Assembly (NCBI GenBank): GCA_049903315.1
Contig: JBNGBT010000002.1
Coordinates: forward strand, 304,479 to 368,478
DNA from: Candidatus Cloacimonadota bacterium
GTDB lineage: Bacteria > Cloacimonadota > Cloacimonadia > JGIOTU-2
Reading direction: 5' to 3'
DNA length: 64,000 bases
The stretch's first letter is position 1, and every line of letters begins with the position of its first letter. Below are positions 60,101 through 64,000 of this stretch, in pieces. The position numbers and the translations under genes were made by a program. The notes below the pieces were generated by a model. The model saw only the letters and a list, made by a program, of their open reading frames with translations, ran no database searches and was not told where the DNA came from.

Positions 60101-62016
60101 ATGAAGATGAACACAGATTCATTGTGGAATGGCAGGCATTCGAAAGTTATTATGACCCTGCAGTAAAAGAAACCTTCGAAGTGATACTTTATGATCCGGA
60201 TTATTATCCCACACCTAATGGAAATGGTGAGATCCTTTTTCAGTATCAGAATATCTCGAATGCAGATCAGGATGACAATTATTCGACAGTTGGCATAGAG
60301 AATTTTTCACAAACGGATGGGGTACTCCTCACCTATTCGAATATTTATGCTCCAACAGCACATACACTTCAAAACGAAACAGCAATCCTTTTCACAATTA
60401 AAGAAGGACCGGAAATACCACTTCTTGAAATTTCTCCTGAGTTTCTCGAGTACACACTTGCGCAGGATACGACTGCAACAGCATATTTGACTATTACAAA
60501 TACCTCATCAGAAGATCTTTCCTATTTGGTAGAAGCTTCTCATTTTTCAAGAGAGGGGAATCTCAAAGGAGATAGAAGCGTACAGAATGATATCATTATT
60601 TGTACGTCATCATCTTATGTGCCGGTAGTTCCGATAGATGTTCTCTTCTATTTATATCACATGAGTCCTGATAACGAACCAGTCTTTGGTGTAAGTTTAG
60701 ATTTTCCTGACGGAGTATATGTAAATAGTGCGATGGATATTGAGACCTTGTTTTATAATGGACAAACAGGATATGGAGCAGAAATTTCATGGGGATTTGG
60801 ACATGGCACTCCGCTCAATACATCGGGAGCTCATGGATTTCAAGTAAATATTACAATTGATGAAGATATCACCGGACCAATAGAAATAGACTGGTACATT
60901 GAAGGAGACGGCTCAGGTGCAGAACCGCATTTCAAAGAGGGTACTATCACTCTACAGCCCTCCGCAAATTCCTATTTATGGATGGACTATCCTGATGGCG
61001 GGGAAACGCTTGTATATAGTACGACAGATACGATACGTTGGATTACTTATGGTACGATATCAGATGTCTCATTGTATTTGACCCGTGATAATTGCTCTCA
61101 TTGGGAAACGATTGCCGAGGATATTCCCAATACCGGAAAATATGCCTACACAGTTGATGGGGCACTTTCTGATTTCTGCTTTATAAAGGTTAAGAATGCG
61201 AACGGGTATCAAAGTGATATGTCTGATGCATTTTTCTCTATCAACATTTTTGACATTACCCATCCTGAAGTCGGGGAGATACTCCAATACAATTCACTTG
61301 ATACTTTACTCTGGAATTTTTCAGGAATTTATTCTGAAGTTATATTGGAATTCTCACGAGATAACGGCTATACATGGGATGTGATAAATGATGAGTTACC
61401 CAATACCGGTGAATATGAATATTATGTTCCCGGACCTCCATCAAACTGGTGTACTTTCCGCATTGTTGCACCGGATTACAGTATGTCAAACCGCAATCAA
61501 GGAGTATTCACAGTTATCGATTCTCCTGTCAATTGGATTGAAATCGGAACGCAATACGGCACAATTCCACCAGGAGAATCTGCTCTAATTCCAATAAATG
61601 TCTCAACAAATGATATTGAACCCGGATATTACGAAGCATACGTGAGTGTCACGTCCGGCATAGGGCAGAAGATCAACATTCCTGTAATGCTGGAAGTGAG
61701 TTATGGTAATGATGATGACCCTGAAGAACATCCTCAGTTATTATCTGCGTATCCCAATCCATTCAGGAATTCAACAGCAATTTCTTATTACGCAACCACG
61801 AATTCACACGAAAAAGCTCGAATGAGAATATATAATATGAAAGGGCAGCTCGTAAGAGAGATTGAGAGTGCTTCTTTAGTTATAGGTATTAATGAAATTG
61901 TTTGGGATGGAAAAGATGAGAGGGGAATTAACGCTTCATCCGGTTTGTACTATTATCAGGTAAAAATCGGAGATGAGGTAATTGGTACGAATAAGTGCTT
62001 ACTCATTAAAGATTAG
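57103..62016 (+). CDS. Peptidase C25 (gingipain-like) large secreted protein, paralogue B
   Basis: GTG start after GGAGG; colinear with 50796-55712 over its whole length. Confidence 0.9.
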   Translation: MKKILFTGIVLMLFIPASIFALDITLESNNLKLQGNFDNCEISDETRGEFQFCSVSIEEYASTAETGKASLPIYTKLFSLPSTGNFVLENFNYDYDEIAIDLPIQPFGWEDNIEKNVEFYSKDEWYPKEIVSIGSPVIMRGYRFCQISIAAVQYNPAKNMIRILKNIDAEFLLDRSNSDNPLSDLKSRHSSSFSKMASEHIYGTHKDGIIDNGSYLIITPDACVSTLQTLAQWKRKLGHEVTITPLSEIGASPDNYDIKNYIQNAYLSWDVPPEFVILVGDVTGNYIIPSFYVDGYLTQYDVSDHPYTLLDGTDYFPDIFIGRISIQSLMDLSTIISKIINYESTQVTGNWYNKALMISCVDPEYGMYTHYITKLNIGSKLYNGGFQQVDFFTYPMNVGIPQLVDMINGGYALINFRGFGSPLYWCNSYGYHFLNSVDIPSMNNGFMLPMLTSMTCGGGDFAFADDNQCFGEIWMKEGSPANPKGAIGFIGPSEWDTKTPWNNCNDMGIYQGITQEGISRCGEMLLRGKMELYNNYPHNHAWGGSLDSDQFYFYVYNLLGDPGLQVWTDIPEFITLNTESSISEQQNYIVAEIDVDDDVSDFMVTITSDGELITKGLTDENGSVTLFADFLVGSYQINASKYGYLPEMNTLSVYSDEQLELTNVTYLDDPISGNTIEYELVLHNPAPISADNIMIYFSSENSALSVITDSIFIPSIPSNASHTCENLFLEIDEVWQNDNTANLDVHITSNLGDQSLIIPVEIMSPELVLFDFLAQNPDTCLIQNQQDDVVIDLTNTGSVNTDIFTALLVCTNDKVQVIQHESLYNSISVSATGSNTVLFSVLPDEVITGEIAQYELQITQNDSLVQCLQFSIPIGNIGQTSPTFSNYGYYAIESSDTGFFNAPVYDWVEVDPAMGGQGIPVYGDYVSIDGYTKILDLPFRFVYFGRYYETVSISSSGWISMGNEIIYHRNKTIPSGCGPAAMIAPFWDNLQNGNIFAWFDEDEHRFIVEWQAFESYYDPAVKETFEVILYDPDYYPTPNGNGEILFQYQNISNADQDDNYSTVGIENFSQTDGVLLTYSNIYAPTAHTLQNETAILFTIKEGPEIPLLEISPEFLEYTLAQDTTATAYLTITNTSSEDLSYLVEASHFSREGNLKGDRSVQNDIIICTSSSYVPVVPIDVLFYLYHMSPDNEPVFGVSLDFPDGVYVNSAMDIETLFYNGQTGYGAEISWGFGHGTPLNTSGAHGFQVNITIDEDITGPIEIDWYIEGDGSGAEPHFKEGTITLQPSANSYLWMDYPDGGETLVYSTTDTIRWITYGTISDVSLYLTRDNCSHWETIAEDIPNTGKYAYTVDGALSDFCFIKVKNANGYQSDMSDAFFSINIFDITHPEVGEILQYNSLDTLLWNFSGIYSEVILEFSRDNGYTWDVINDELPNTGEYEYYVPGPPSNWCTFRIVAPDYSMSNRNQGVFTVIDSPVNWIEIGTQYGTIPPGESALIPINVSTNDIEPGYYEAYVSVTSGIGQKINIPVMLEVSYGNDDDPEEHPQLLSAYPNPFRNSTAISYYATTNSHEKARMRIYNMKGQLVREIESASLVIGINEIVWDGKDERGINASSGLYYYQVKIGDEVIGTNKCLLIKD

Positions 62017-62043
62017 CTTAAGGAATTTTCCAAGTATAAATTC

Positions 62044-62071
62044 GAAGGCGATATTGGCAAATATCGCCTTC
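62044..62071. terminator. Perfect 12-bp stem-loop after C25 paralogue B
   Basis: GAAGGCGATATT-GGCA-AATATCGCCTTC; weak U-tract. Confidence 0.55.
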
Positions 62072-62194
62072 AGATTTTAGTATTTTATACAACTCACAAA
62101 AATCCCAAATCTATAATTTTATTGCTCATTCACTTTTTCTTGACAAATATTTCATACGAAAGTACGAAGCATTTAAGCATCGTGGAGGTGTGAA

Positions 62195-63736
62195 ATGAGT
62201 TATAAGAAATTAGTTTTGGTTGTGGTTTTAATTGCTCTATCGACAAGTGTGCTTTATGCACAGGTGAACTTTCAGCATATCTGTACATTGAATAAACCAA
62301 ATTCGGGAATCAATTATCAGGTCACCCAATTATTCGATTATAATGATGACAGTATTGATGAAATAATTACACAATATTATAATGAAGATCAGTATATGCA
62401 GAATATAATTATTACTGATCTATCAGGAACAATAATCGATTCGATTATAGTTGATGATTGGTTAATTTATGAAGAATATCGAGATTATGATAAAGCTATT
62501 CTTATAAAAGATGGGTGCAATAATATTTTGTTTAGAGCTAAAATCGACTGGGATTACTATTTTATATTTTTAGTTTTTTCATTAATTGATTGCGAAAGTT
62601 TATCCATAATTGATTCTGTTGTAGTATATCCTGTTGGTACTCCATTACGCGATATAAATCTAATAGATACTTATATCTATAATGGACAAAGAGTGTTTTT
62701 TGTAGGTGCAATGGAGATGAGTTTAATGAAAGAAGATAGCGAGGAAAATTATTTATATAAATTAATCGAGGATAATGACACTCTATCTTATGCTGGGCAC
62801 TTTAGTGATTGTGGAATCACTAATACTCATCCTAATGACAGCACATTGCTTTCCGTAGGAAGACATTCTTATACTACTGTTGGAGCAAGTGCTGCAACTG
62901 GCCATTGCTATTATTATTTACAGAAAATCGATAAAGATACTCCTTGCAATCAAACTCAGTTACATACAACAAGTGGAACTGCTCTTTGGGAATGGGAATC
63001 TAAATCAAGAGCTACCTACAACCATTATCCGAAGAACTATGATATGATCACAAAAAATTGTGACGATGATTTTTCTCAGGTTTTGCAATATTGCAAGCTC
63101 GATTCAGATGATGGAAACTCAGTTCATTTTAGATCATTTGATACGACAAACTGGGAAGAACTTTGGTCAAAAACCGATACGGAAATCGGCATGGGAGATA
63201 TTACTGCTTCAACGTGCATTGAAGTAAATAATGAAGATAACTATGTAATGTATTTCAGGGGAGATAGATTAGAGATACGTGATAGAATTACAGGTAATAT
63301 TATTCATCATCAGGATTCGACTCTTGCAGTCTGTGAGATACTTAGAAAGAGTAATGGAAAGCTTCTCTTCTTTGTAGAAAAAGATGATGAAACCGGATAT
63401 GATGTCTATTCTCTCGATGGGCCGATTTTTGTATCGAATGATGAACCACAAGAACCAAACGAATTTTTTATCGAACAGTATCCCAATCCATTTAAGAATC
63501 AGATAACTTTTTCTTTCACATCAAAAGAACCTATCCAAAATGCTGATGTTAGCATCTACAATGTAAAGGGACAACTCGTCAGAGAATTAAAAATTAAAAA
63601 TTCAAAATTCAAAATTAATGAAGCAGTTTGGAACGGATGCGATGAAAAGGGAAATACTGTCTCACAAGGTGTTTATCTATATCGTACAGACATCAATAAA
63701 CAAGAAATTTCCGGTAAAATTATTAAAATGAGATAG
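62195..63736 (+). CDS. Secreted hypothetical protein with FlgD/T9SS-type CTD
   Basis: Signal peptide, DYNDDSIDE Ca-binding-like motif, YPNPF..IYNVKGQ..GVYLY. Confidence 0.85.
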   Translation: MSYKKLVLVVVLIALSTSVLYAQVNFQHICTLNKPNSGINYQVTQLFDYNDDSIDEIITQYYNEDQYMQNIIITDLSGTIIDSIIVDDWLIYEEYRDYDKAILIKDGCNNILFRAKIDWDYYFIFLVFSLIDCESLSIIDSVVVYPVGTPLRDINLIDTYIYNGQRVFFVGAMEMSLMKEDSEENYLYKLIEDNDTLSYAGHFSDCGITNTHPNDSTLLSVGRHSYTTVGASAATGHCYYYLQKIDKDTPCNQTQLHTTSGTALWEWESKSRATYNHYPKNYDMITKNCDDDFSQVLQYCKLDSDDGNSVHFRSFDTTNWEELWSKTDTEIGMGDITASTCIEVNNEDNYVMYFRGDRLEIRDRITGNIIHHQDSTLAVCEILRKSNGKLLFFVEKDDETGYDVYSLDGPIFVSNDEPQEPNEFFIEQYPNPFKNQITFSFTSKEPIQNADVSIYNVKGQLVRELKIKNSKFKINEAVWNGCDEKGNTVSQGVYLYRTDINKQEISGKIIKMR

Positions 63737-63744
63737 GGGGTATA

Positions 63745-64000
63745 ATGCAGAAAAAATTTATCTTATTCATCTTATTATTTTTTAGTGTAAATATGCTCAT
63801 TGCGCAGGTAAACTTTCAGTATGTTTGTTCATTTAATAAGCCCCCCGCAGCCCTTTATTTTGAAATTATCCAACTATTCGATTATAATGGAGATGATAGT
63901 GATGAAATCATTACACAATATTGGGATAATAATACAAATTATGAAAAAATTGAGATATACAATCAGTCGGGAGTGAACATAGACATATTAGATTTTATGG
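63745..64000 (+). CDS. 5' part of a paralogue of 62195-63736 (runs off the window)
   Basis: MQKKFILFILLFFSVNMLIAQVNFQYVCSFNKP..QLFDYNGDDSDEIITQY matches AQVNFQ..NKP..QLFDYNDDSIDEIITQY. Confidence 0.85.
   Translation, partial: MQKKFILFILLFFSVNMLIAQVNFQYVCSFNKPPAALYFEIIQLFDYNGDDSDEIITQYWDNNTNYEKIEIYNQSGVNIDILDFM

Noticed and set aside
50796..62016. Recent duplication or assembly artefact for the two C25 genes
   Set aside because: The copies differ throughout at synonymous and amino-acid level, consistent with an old paralogy.

Overview
AT-rich bacterial chromosomal window using standard genetic code 11 (TGA terminates several genes). It most likely comes from a Cloacimonadota-like anaerobic diderm; this is inferred from the many secreted proteins with FlgD/T9SS-type C-terminal domains, the C25 gingipain-like paralogues and a Bat operon. 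Contents in order: a histidine kinase / pseudo-receiver / sigma54 activator locus; a secreted protein split by one in-frame TGA; tRNA-Glu next to two nuclease-like genes bracketed by three composite palindromic repeats; ndk, carbonic anhydrase, acs, an MFS transporter, two acyl-CoA ligases, ptb, rpiB and glyA; a degenerate Bpu10I-like protein; moxR-DUF58-batABCDE; a poly-gamma-glutamate operon interrupted by an IR-flanked four-helix-bundle gene; several secreted CTD proteins; NYN; a WG-repeat cluster; a tRNA thiolase, maf and proS; two C25 paralogues. The top candidate is a probable secreted selenoprotein at 2915-4921: an in-frame UGA forms a CxxU motif and is followed by a GC-rich SECIS-like hairpin. 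The second candidate is the REPIN-like repeat / DUF559 cassette locus beside tRNA-Glu. All family assignments come from motif recognition by eye, not database searches.
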